DNA of 64,000 nt, from NCBI GenBank assembly GCA_002633005.1, contig NMRA01000073.1:520150-584149 (forward strand), in the 5' to 3' direction. Each line of letters opens with the position of its first letter. Position 1 is the first letter of the stretch. The notes below the pieces were generated by a model. The model was not told where the DNA came from. It saw only the letters and a list, made by a program, of their open reading frames with translations, and did no database searches. This document shows, piece after piece, positions 53,098 to 64,000 of this stretch. The DNA is from Phoronis australis (Eukaryota; Animalia; Phoronida). The position numbers and the translations under genes were made by a program.

Positions 53098-54372
53098 GTA
53101 TTTTAAAAGGTCGACGCAAGGCAAGCATTTCGGCAATATATGAGACATTTACCAAAGGATAACAGGAAAAATGTTTTATCTTGTGAATTTTACTTGATCC
53201 CCAAGTCCATAATAAATCGACGTATTGATTTATACAATAGAACAAAGAGGACAAATTCCTCACATGTACACCACGAGGGCAAAGGAGCAATTGTCTCTGG
53301 AATCTTCCGCTGCGAAGAATACAAATTTGGGAAATGGCTACCCTGATATTCAAAAGAAAGACAGTACTACATATAACTCTGTGTCACACAAATTTGTAAC
53401 CTTGTCAATTTTGAATCATTTATAAATTTCACAATGTTACGCCATTCACCAGTAAAAATACATTCCAAACTGCCTCTCATTTCATTTCGAATTTAATTTC
53501 CCCCTAGAATTGGTTAACAAAATGCTAGACCAGAAGCAAGTACTGTTATACAAGAGATCACGTGATCCTCCTGCAATATTTTAATACAGGAGGATCACGT
53601 GGCATCTTACGAATATTTGCGTGCCTTGGATTTTTCTTTGCTTTGCAATACAAATTTAGTGTTTATAAGATATCGCCATGCATAAGTTAAGACGCACTTA
53701 TGCCCGCGCTCTACTCTTTGTACTCAAACTCGAANGTATTTTAAAAGGTCGACGCAAGGCAAGCATTTCGGCAATATATGAGACATTTACCAAAGGATAA
53801 CAGGAAAAATGATTTATCTTGTGAATTTTACTTGATCCCCAAGTCCATAATAAATCGACGTATTGATTTATACAATAGAACAAAGAGGACAAATTCCTCA
53901 CATGTACACCACGAGGGCAAAGGAGCAATTGCCTCTGGAATCTTCCGCTGCGAAGAATACAAATTTGGGAAATGGCTACCCTGATATTCAAAAGAAAGAC
54001 AGTACTACATATAACTCTGTGTCACACAAATTTGTAACCTAGTCAATTTTGAATCATTTATAAATTTCACAATGTTAGGCCATTCACCAGTAAAAATACA
54101 TTCCAAACTGCCTCTCATTTCATTTCGAATTTAATTTCCCCCTAGAATTGGTTAACAAAATGCTAGACCAGAAGCAAGTACTGTTATACAAGAGATCACG
54201 TGATCCTCCTGCAATATTTTGATACAGGAGGATCACGTGGCATCTTACGAATATTTGCGTGCCTTGGATTTTTCTTTGCTTTGCAATACAAATTTAGTGT
54301 TTATAAGATATCGCCATGCATAAGTTAAGACGCACTGATGCCCGCGCTCTACTCTTTGTACTCAAACTCGAA
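53098..54372. repeat. Near-identical 637-bp tandem duplication joined by a single N (53735)
   Basis: 53098-53734 versus 53736-54372 differ by only a few substitutions. Confidence 0.95.
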
Positions 54373-55152
54373 CTGGCAATTGTTTTTCCATTATCTGTCC
54401 TACCTTTTAGTGAACTATATTACAACTATCGTTCGTTGCTATAATCTAGGGTGAACTCACGATAAGTGCCTATTATTCTGTACTCGCGCACATTGTGGTT
54501 CACGCATACGAGTTCCTAGGCCAAATTTGCACTTGACAACTGTGATTGACTTAGTGCAAAATAATTCTGATTTATGTCTGACATAACTCGATTCATGTGA
54601 GACATAATTCCGATTTATACCAGGCATAAATCTAGTCCATATTTATTTTCAATGAACAATAATGACAATTAAAAATGTAATTGGTCAAAAAGAGGAGTTC
54701 GTGATGAAGATAAAATAATAGAAAAAGATTAAGTCTGTGAGTAAAGAACGGCATAATACGCAAGAGATTAAGTTGAGTCCCTGTTTGGGTCTGCTTCGTG
54801 CCACCCGGACAGGAGAGGAGCACCTGTGAAACGCAAATTATCACAGCCCTCGACGTCTTATAGATAAGAGGTTCAAGTAACCTTAGCCTACCATAATTTG
54901 TTGTCAAGTTTGGTATTTGCAGCAACGTCTACCAGTCTTCGAGCTTCAGCAAATAAACATGCTGGCCCAGAGGACCAGTTACGTGAATATGAGCCCACAT
55001 CCACATGGGCCTATATATGAAGGTTTACTGCCCGGCCACGAATCAAATGGCACAGAGCCACCGGGCCAGCGTGTTTTTCGAACGCTGACGCCTACCCTCC
55101 CACAATATTGCATCTCCATAGCAGTAAAACACGAAGTGAAAACCTAGGGTAC

Positions 55153-55371
55153 CTTGATTTGCTGCAGTCAGCTGCGTTTTGTGAACTAATGTCCATTGAT
55201 TTGGCTCTTTTGACAGCCGCCAGATGTCAGCCCACACCGTACCAGCACGTTTGGCATTAATCTTCCAACCAGTCAAAATAGCATCTGATGTTATGCGGAG
55301 GTCGGGAAATATTGATAAATTAGGACCTTCGGTCGACATCTCATCAACGTCAGTAGGGCCACCGATATGAC
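55153..55371 (-). CDS. Exon of the lectin-like locus encoding an unclassified beta-rich extracellular-type module
   Basis: gttttag| acceptor, phase 1, open frame HIGGPTDVDEMSTEGPNLSIFPDLRITSDAILTGWKINAKRAGTVWADIWRLSKEPNQWTLVHKTQLTAANQG. The donor (gtaccc) is uncertain. Confidence 0.6.
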
Positions 55372-55573
55372 CTAAAACAACGTGTTTAAAAGAGCATTTG
55401 AATAATTTCAGTACCTACGTAGGCCTAACAATGCGCTAAAACCCATTAGTGTTCCGCCGCGCTATGAGGCGTGTCCCAGGGGCCGAGATCTAATCTTTCT
55501 TTTCTAAATCGAACTTGAAATTATTTTGGCATTTTCTGTTCTGTTTTGTGCAAACTAAAGATAAATACCTGTT

Positions 55574-55864
55574 CAGGAGTGGATCCAGGATTTTGAGTTA
55601 GGGGGGCAGGGCACAAGAATAACCAGAATTTCGCCTCATGCGCGCGCCCAGCCTAAAATGAAGGATGTAGGGGATCTCAAATGTGTGGGTTTATTACTAA
55701 AAAAAAACAAACGGGGTTTGTTCAAGACCTATGCATTGTGCATTCACCCCCGATCCCCCTGGGTGCTAGTCAGCAATTTGCACCCTGAACTGCCAAATGG
55801 AATCTGGGAGAATTTTAAGGGGGGTCATGGCTCCCTTGCCCCCTCCTCCCTAAATCCGCCACTA
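55574..55864 (-). mobile_element. MITE family B, 5-bp TSD ctgtt
   Basis: ctgtt|caggagtggatccaggatttt...cctaaatccgccacta|ctgtt. Confidence 0.8.
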
Positions 55865-57001
55865 CTGTTATTCTGCGCTAGAGTACATTGTGGTTTATGC
55901 AAATGAGTTATTTTGGCATTCGAAGACCCATAGATTTGAGCTTTCTAGCCTCAATGATATGGACATTAAGTGCAAACTAGGACAGTTATCCGAGCACTCA
56001 GTTTGACTTCGCACAAAATTGGAACAGAAAATACCACAAAATGATTCCGAGGTCGATCTCCAGTAAAAATAGAGCTTTATTGACGTGCCCAATCAGATAT
56101 ACCTTGTATATGTATTACTGGTGTATGAAATCTTACGGTTGTCACGGGTTCGCACTTCAGAAATAAATAATCAGACCAGCGACTGCAGTTCAATCATATA
56201 CTGTACTTATCCCAACGGTTATTCTTATACGATACATTTCAATTAATTGGTTGACTTTGAATTGCAAATACGTTAACGTCTGCCTTTTTGTAACAAGCAT
56301 GCTATTACATCTTAGTCATGTGGTTTTCTAACCGTGCGGTTTCCCTTGTATCAATAGTCTCAGTGTTTAATTCTTTGTAAAATACATTTAATTTACGTTT
56401 TTAAATAAACTCGCGTTGTATTTCATTTCATTGTACATGTACTTTTTCTGTTGTTATCTGTATTGTTCTTCTTAATTGTTAATATAATGTTACTCGGTGG
56501 TCAGCTAGTTACGACCCGTGCCTTTGCTGGCCACCCAGTCACATTACAATGTATGTTTTTATATGATTTAAAAATAAAAGTTTCTCTCTATTACAAATAC
56601 GCCCTTCTTGGATTCATTCAAAACTATATATGAGATTTAATTCGATGATTTAATAGACGTTTTCATTGGGATGTACCTTCACACAGGCACCCACATAAAC
56701 CTAAATTGCTAGACAGCTGGATAGATTTGAAGTGTTCTCTCGCCTTCCAGAAATTGATTGACTTTCATGCTTATTTACTTTTTATCCAGTTTAAGTGTTA
56801 GCTAAAATTATTATTCAAAAGGCAATGTTCTAGGTGTTTTGTCTAGTAAGGGTCTGCACTTCTGGATTTTCTCACACAACTTCAAAAGATGTTGGAAAAG
56901 CCCAGAACTTGGCAGTTACAAATGCTAACCGGAATCTTTGTTTCTCAAACTACTATGGCATATTTAAGCATCCCGCATGAACTCTGAAATTAAACATATA
57001 C

Positions 57002-57163
57002 CCTGCACAGTGAGCTTGCGTGTAAGGTCACGCACTGGGAAGTAGACAGCAGGCCCAACTGCAGCGTATAACTTCGCATTTATAAGACATTTCCTGGTTT
57101 AAATGTCCAGCACAAGTATTATTTGCTCTCAACCGTTTGTTGTCCCACTTCACCAATCAAAAT
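57002..57163 (-). pseudogene. Disabled phase 1-1 exon (possible PAN-like module)
   Basis: cacag| and |gtatat splice sites; 162 nt, three in-frame stops. Confidence 0.35.
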
Positions 57164-57308
57164 CTGTGACAATATAAAATTTCATTCTAAAAGGTCATAC
57201 TTATTGATATAGACATAGATTGGTCCAAGGATTTACATTAACGGACAACAAAACCTGCGCTTTCTGTAAAATGACAACGTTATAAAATTGATCGGTAAGA
57301 GTATTTAC

Positions 57309-57542
57309 CGCCTCGCAACTAGATCTTCCGTTTGAAAGATGGAAATGGTTGGGAAGAAGCTTTTGGTGATAACGAAACTAAACGTCCTTGGTTTGTACTA
57401 AACAAAAATCCCTTCCAAAGCAGGGAATATTCCATAGAAATAATTAACACAGGAACAAACAGCGCAACCTTAGCCGCGCGAGATCGAATTTGGCATTCGC
57501 TACTAGGGTTCACAAAGTGCCAGTTCTTCACAAATCTGCAAT
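57309..57542 (-). pseudogene. Disabled phase 1-1 exon, PAN/apple-like cysteine pattern
   Basis: gcacag| and |gtaaat splice sites; 234 nt. CRFV...SSECQIR / CAVCSCVNYF / CLVQT...SSC is spread over different frames. Confidence 0.4.
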
Positions 57543-57667
57543 CTGTGCAAGGAACACAATAAGAGTCGAATTTATAACGTTAATGCACCCAATTGAAAAG
57601 ATGTTTTCAACATAGTTTAAAACAAAATGTTCAGAATATAAACACCCGTTTATTGCATCGTACTTAC

Positions 57668-57880
57668 CCGTAAAGAGGCTGTACACCTCTACCTCACACA
57701 AAACGAGATGAGGTCCCTTTTGATGTATAATAAGATATCTTCCGTATACAGTTTTATTGCAAAAGAGGTCCTCTGTTACACCAGCACCAATAATTCCAGG
57801 GTAGTGATAACATAGGGGGTCACCAGTTGACCATTTCTCGTTGCTGGATACACGGACAAAGATGTCGAAGGTCGATTTAT
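57668..57880 (-). CDS. Exon encoding the C-terminal half of a second F-type lectin (FTP) domain (absent from the ORF track)
   Basis: ttccag| acceptor and |gtaagt donor; 213 nt, phase 1-1, open: KSTFDIFVRVSSNEKWSTGDPLCYHYPGIIGAGVTEDLFCNKTVYGRYLIIHQKGPHLVLCEVEVYSLFT. Confidence 0.88.
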
Positions 57881-58904
57881 CTGGAAGGCATTTACAACAT
57901 TAGTCGCACGGTGCTCCATTAACATTGGAACCCCGCTGTAAAACACATATCCTGGAGCCGAAAACAGACTCCCGTCCCTTCAAAACAGCTAACCAACCCG
58001 AAAAAACATGAACACCGACCTTTAAAGCAGGAACCCAGGGGGTCGGACAAGATACTCGGCGACCAAAACACCACTCTCACACTTTCTGTCAAACATTGTT
58101 TATCTCTAGAAAGTAGTACTGTGTACCTTTAAAGTGCTTTGTGTTCATGAGACATGTATCAATTTCACATTCTGATGAAAAATAGATCTTCATGGTATAG
58201 TTGTTGTTTTCTCACATGACTTGGAATGTGTTACGACACGACTGGTTAAGAACATAGAGTACGCAATATTTTTGATATTACATTGGCGAATCACAAAGTA
58301 GTGCAAGATAAAAATCCACACACCTTACATTTTATCATCTGCAAAACACTGACATAAATCCTATTATTTAGGCAAACATTATTCTACCTCCCTTCAAGCT
58401 TCATATCCAACTCCTGGTTAGTACCTATCTATTCCGATGGTAGCGCTAGTTGCTCTCTCTCTCTCCAGCTTCTGGTTGGCCAAGACTCAATCTAATGTAC
58501 ATTCACTCGTAAGTTTTTCCTAATTATACAATTTTCATACCTAACCCACCCTCCCTACCCTGGCTTAAACAAAATCTCCTCCAGCAATGTACCTGTTTTT
58601 ATACCTATCTCACCATCCCTACCCCGTGTCGAACATAATCTGCTGCTGGTCACTGTTGGTGCCTCCTTCAAACCCGGAACGGATTGTCGTCAAGCAAGAA
58701 AATACTTCATAGATTAACAAACAGAACTGCACCGGAGCCTCCGTCAGTAGGGATTGCCTCTCTCCACGCCGGTCACAGCTCTCAGCATCAGCAAACACTG
58801 AGTCACAATACCACGTTCCTTACAATATCTCATTTCATCACTCCTGCTTGTGTGCTCACTCAGCTTGTCCTGGACCTGTTTTTCCAGGTTACTGTAGCTC
58901 AGTT

Positions 58905-59060
58905 GGCTGTTTGGTGTACCCACTTGGTAAGTTATATGACATCTGCCCATTTGACACTTTGTACCCACTTGGTACTTATTATTATTATTGAATTTGCCGT
59001 TTTGCTCGACCCACTTGGTGGGCAATACCCATTTCATTATGTACCCATTTGGTACTATAC
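58905..59060. repeat. Short dispersed-tandem motif GTACCCACTTGGT (~4-5 copies)
   Basis: Direct reading. Confidence 0.6.
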
Positions 59061-61750
59061 TAACCAGTGACACTTATTGTCCGATACTCAATAAAAATTT
59101 GGTATCGCAACTGCGTGTGTTATCTCTTGTAATTAAGGTAGCCATCCGATACCTTCGGTGAAATAATTAATTGTGGAGCTGTGACCCTGAAATCCCCAAT
59201 ACAACTTTTGAAAAATATATAATATTCTTGTTTTGTTTTATTTGTCCCTAATACCAAACGCGCGCCAACCAAACAATGCCGGAATTCCGAGAAGGTGACA
59301 AGGTTATGATTGACAAATCTGGTGTCGCAACTGTACGTACTCCCAGTCGGAAGGACATGCAAAGAACTTCTTAAACGGACCCATGCATCTTCGGCGGCGA
59401 ATTCCATATCCACGTTCATTCAAACAGAGACGAGCCACAACTCAAGAAACGTGGTGAGACTGTCTAGCTGTCTCAAGGTCAATTCAGTGCTCACGCGCGG
59501 GGAAGCTTTGAAGCATGCTAACATTTTTTAAGTTTTAATATTACGCGTTCACAGACTATCAGATTATAACATGAATATTTGCTACGAAAACTGAGTGCAA
59601 TTTACTATTGTTAAGCTTAAAATAAAACTATTAACAAAAAGTAACTGAATTACTTTACATTGCGCAAGTGTGTTTTTACCAAAGCTAAGTCGTGTGGTTG
59701 AAAATTTTCGACACGTTGACTTGTTCAGCAAAAATATTGTTTTTACGGTTCATGTGAGAAAATAAATCCTACAATCGTCTCAAATTGTTGACATGGGCAA
59801 AACCTCTTGGATATTTTGTCAAAGTCTCTCGACAAGCCTCTGCATTTTGACGAAATTTCTCAGAGGTTTTCCCATATCATAAACCTGAGACTCGTGTAGG
59901 ATTCTCTATTTAATATATGAGAATTTTTGAATAATTGGCGTTCTACCGTTATTCTGCGGCTAAAGTTGTGGTGCGATTTTTGGGCCGGCGCCATAAAATA
60001 TTGCGTCATCTATTGGCCAGTTTCTATATTCCACAATTCTTCAATCAACTGTTCCTCTTTCACAAGGCTGCGTACATGTCACAACAAATTATCAAGATTG
60101 GTTTCATTTCGTTACAAATGTTTAGTATTTTAATAGCAGCTAACTTTCAGAGTAAATTTTGCAATAGCGACCCGTCAAAAAGAGCGAATGCAATCAATTC
60201 ACAAATTCCGATTGCAAATTCCGTTTTAATGATCAATGATGCGTTGCAGAGTAAGAACGGTGCAGGTCTTTTGAGTGAACAATTCTCGCGGTCCATTTCA
60301 AAATCCGGGAATTGATTGTGCTGGAAATAATGTACTCTCGACAAGTAAATCGATGAACCCTAAAATGCAGCTAATTGTAAAGATATTTAAAGGAATAATT
60401 AACAATGGCACTCAAAAGTCGAAAAATATTTTTGCTTTTAATTTTTGATAATATCTTTGGAGAAGCTATTTAATACTCTGAAATTAACTAAATTTTCACC
60501 GAGATAACAACGTGTTAAGAATATAAATTATGTTGAAATTTGCCCACAGACAAGTTGTACGAGTTTTACCGATAAAATCAAATAACAAAATCAATAAAAT
60601 GTAGGTTAGTTTGATTATTGACAAGTTTTAACAAGCAAATGCAGAAAACAACTGTAAAGTACTTAAATGTTCTTTATCTCAAAGTTTGAGGCAACTGACA
60701 TCGTCTCAGAAAATTCATAAAATTGTCCGGGTTTCCTTTCCGATTCTCAATGTTCCTGTTTTAAAGGTCGAATTCCATGTTTTCGGGCTGGTTGGCTGTT
60801 TTGAATGTGCAGGGTCTGCTTTCGATTCCGGGATATCTGTTTTACACCAGGATTCAAATTTTGATGGAACACCCCGAGTCGGTTACCAAGCAGACATTAT
60901 CTACCTTTTAAACCCAAAATCTATGTCATAAAGAAAGGTTCTGTTACCATTAGAAAACACCAAATGTTTAGAACAAGATTGACAATTCCTCACAAAGTCT
61001 GCAAACTCGTCTGGCGTATCTAAAGCTTCTGGTGAGAATAATTCCGTTATGAGTTTGAGAATCACCGGCAGTGTCTATAGTGGTCGGTTCCGCCCCTTCG
61101 TTTTGGGCCATACCCGTATAAATGTGATTTTGGTTAAAAGTCCGACTCACCACAATCACATACCCGGTTACGACACTTCTATGAATGACTTTGGCTGTGA
61201 AATATCTAACGCAAAAGTTAACGAAGAATGTATTTTCAAGATTGACGCCACTGATGCATGAGGAAGTGACAGAACGAGGATTGGTTGAAATCATCAAACA
61301 GGGTTTAGTGTCCTTTTAATTTTCAACACATCCAGAATGTTACAGAATGTACAGGGTGTTCTGAAAATTAGAGAGCTCCAGTGGAAGTTTGTTTCAGTAC
61401 ACCATCATACTGGTTCGACCACACAGACAGGGCTACCCGTCCTACTAAGACCACTTTGGTGAATTCCTCCATGCAATCACAGGGACCAAAGTTTGAACCA
61501 AGTTGACAACAGTGCCTAATCTTGCTACAATAATTCCAGGTACAGGCAACCGCCAAACTCTGAAGAGTAGACGTTGTCATGCAATATCTCAAGAAACTGT
61601 TCATCCGTGGCTAAGGTACGCACTTTTTCTTACTGCTAGCCAGGTTATCATGCAACTGAGACCTCACTCCATATCCCCACTACATATATATTAAAACATA
61701 CACTGTGAGAATGGCATTGCGGGGGAACTGTGTCGGATTAAGGCTTCGGT

Positions 61751-62152
61751 CCCCGGTTGCATGAAACAGTCCCAAAAAGGGACTCAACTACGTTCCCTAA
61801 GTCTGTGTATTTGTGGACTTGTGAAAATCCTGATTGTCCTTTGTTATGCTGTTTGAATCTCATTACTAAGTCAATTTTGGCTTTGATACTAATCGACATT
61901 ATTACTGAAAAAACACGGATTTTTTCATGCAACACACTTAAATTATGGACTAAATCCCTAAACATTTTGACTGAATTAAGGGCTCAGTTCTTAGTAATAC
62001 TATCAGAATATGTCATTAGTCAAAGAGGGGTTCAAAATAAAGATAAAATGATATAAAAAAATCTACATCTGTGAGTAAAGAACGAAACAAACACGCAAAA
62101 TATTGAGAGAACTCAGTTGAGTCCCTATTTGGGACAGTTTCTTGCAACTGGG
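61751..62152. mobile_element. ~400-bp MITE (possibly PIF/Harbinger-like); partial relative at 54610-54790
   Basis: ccccggttgcatgaaacagtcccaaaagggactcaact ... agttgagtccctatttgggacagtttcttgcaactggg. Confidence 0.7.
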
Positions 62153-62889
62153 CATTCGAGACCATCGGACTATGTCTGGAATCTCTAGTCAATAATATAC
62201 CACTTTTCGCCAAAAATTCTAATTACTTCATCCCCAACACTTTCAAGAACTTTTGACGTACCCCTGGAGTGCGACGAGACGGACCTCACGTTTCACTTCT
62301 AATCTATCCCAGGTCACGTTGAGGAGGGGGGGGGGGAGGCCGTTGGTAATCCAATGCGGGTCCCCTGTTTCGTGCGACACTCTAAGCTGCAGCTTTCTTA
62401 TCTTAAAATAATAATCCGTCACCGCTGGAGGTATGAGAATGCTGTAACGATGGGTTAACGTGGATCCCCCCAACAAGTGGCTACATTTTGTGTTCATCCG
62501 TCCAACGTTGTTTCTGATGACGACAGCGATTGATTGAAAGGTTGATAATGACTTGAACATCACAGTATCTTTCATAATTGACTTTCTTTGTGTTTTCTTA
62601 AAAAGCTACCTGTGACATGGTGTTACGTTTGAAAAGAACAATTATTTTATATGCGTGTAGCTGTGGATGCATCTCATTGTAACTGCAAGCAAGGACTGTG
62701 GAGACTAAAATAAACTCTTTACTGCAAGTTCCTGAGAAGCCCATTTTGTGAAACTGTCATACTCAGATGCTGAGTCTCAATCAAGAGCTGCTGTTTTGAC
62801 AGAAAGCATGGACTTAATGACGCTAGCAGTTTAATTATTAAAAGATTTTGCCAGGGAGGGAGGTACATGCAGTAAACGTAGGATAATGG

Positions 62890-64000
62890 CTAACATCTTT
62901 GGCTGAAAGCTTTTTGAGAAGGTTTCATCTGTCTTGGTGACAAATCCATTGGGGACTCCTAATGTCAGTTTTTTGTTTTGCGCCTGTGGTTGTGTCTGCT
63001 AAACTCTCTGATGGATCTTTGTTAAATCTGGTAAGTGCATTGGTGACAACGAATAATGACAATCGTACGGATCCCACTCCCGCAGTGACCCCTAGGCCAG
63101 GGTCAATTTGTTGTTAGCTTTTTGAATAACAAACGGTTAGAAAAAATCAATGGCGTAGGGAATGAATAAATGATGTAGATCTTGCTGCGAGTCGGACGCG
63201 GAAGCAGGATAAACCTAAAACATTGCAGCTGATCTTTCGGTGCAATGAAGAGACCAATACCTGAGCTAGTAAGTGTGTGCTAAACGTGGCATATTATAAA
63301 CGCGCCCTGTCGGCCTGTCAAAATGCAAGTTTCAATAAGACTATGGAAGGCAACTGACCACCGTAACTATTTTCTAATTTGAAAAAAATAACTGCACGCG
63401 AAGTTACTAAGATGAATAAAGTCTTCAGGTCCTCACCCAAAGGCCAAACTAAGGGTCTGCAGATCACCATGGTCACAGCATAGGTTTTACGGAATGTTTT
63501 CCTAGCTTGTCACAATAACAGTGGTCAAAGGGATTGGGGGAACCAAGCGGCCGAAGTAATGTTTTCTCACAAGGATTAAGAGCCTGGAACATGTTTTACG
63601 TACGGTAATCGTTGTGTCGTCTGTNGTTCACGTATATTTTTAACTTAGTAAACATTATTTCCATTGAATTGTAAAGTAAGGCAAGGGAATCCCAGACCTT
63701 TGTCCTTACTTATGTTGAACAGGGAGAATAAAAAAAAAACATCTTTGGCTGAAAGCTTTTTGAGAAGGTTTCATCTGTCTTGGTGTCAAATCCATTGGCG
63801 ACTCCTAGTGTCAGTTTTTTGTTTTGCGCCTGTGATTGTGTCTGCTAAACTCTCTGATGGATCTTTGTTAAATCTGGCAAGTGCATTGGTGACAACGAAT
63901 AATGACAATCGTACGGATCCCACTTCCACAATGACCCCTAGGCCAGGGTCAATTTGTTGCTACCTGTTTGAATAATGGATAGAAAAAGCAATGGCGGAGA
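62890..64000. repeat. Direct repeat pair of ~265 bp (62890-63157 and 63737-63999)
   Basis: acatctttggctgaaagctttttgagaagg...aatggcg is duplicated at roughly 90% identity by eye, with an N at 63625 between the copies. Confidence 0.85.

Noticed and set aside
57002-57163. Selenocysteine read-through of in-frame TGA codons
   Set aside because: The same frame also has a TAA and the neighbouring exon is frameshifted. Decay is the simpler explanation, and no SECIS was identified.
60680-62600. Possible transposase relics or upstream exons (several 70-110 aa ORFs)
   Set aside because: No convincing motif or phase-compatible splice pair could be identified by eye.

Overview
Animal (probably marine invertebrate) nuclear DNA, AT-rich and dominated by transposon relics. 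It is not prokaryotic: I see no operons, rRNA/tRNA genes or CRISPR, and most ORFs in the supplied track are spurious. Host genes: (i) three coding exons of CCDC167 on the minus strand (2122->244; the last exon lies off the window start); (ii) a minus-strand, exon-shuffled lectin-type gene or pseudogene (~57.9->48.0 kb, possibly to 43.8 kb) with two F-type lectin (FTP) C-terminal exons, two decayed PAN-like exons and one unclassified beta-rich exon, all with phase-1 acceptors. Mobile DNA: three decayed LINEs, an RNase H relic, an inverted-repeat Penelope element, a mariner relic, several MITE families and a 3.7-kb IS3EU-like element whose ends carry arrays of a 21-bp palindromic repeat. Single Ns at 22710, 52018, 53735 and 63625 mark assembly joins, and the 637-bp duplication around 53735 is probably an artefact. 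I found no convincing novel biological system. The IS3EU-like element and the modular lectin locus are the best leads. All family calls come from reading motifs by eye, not from database searches.
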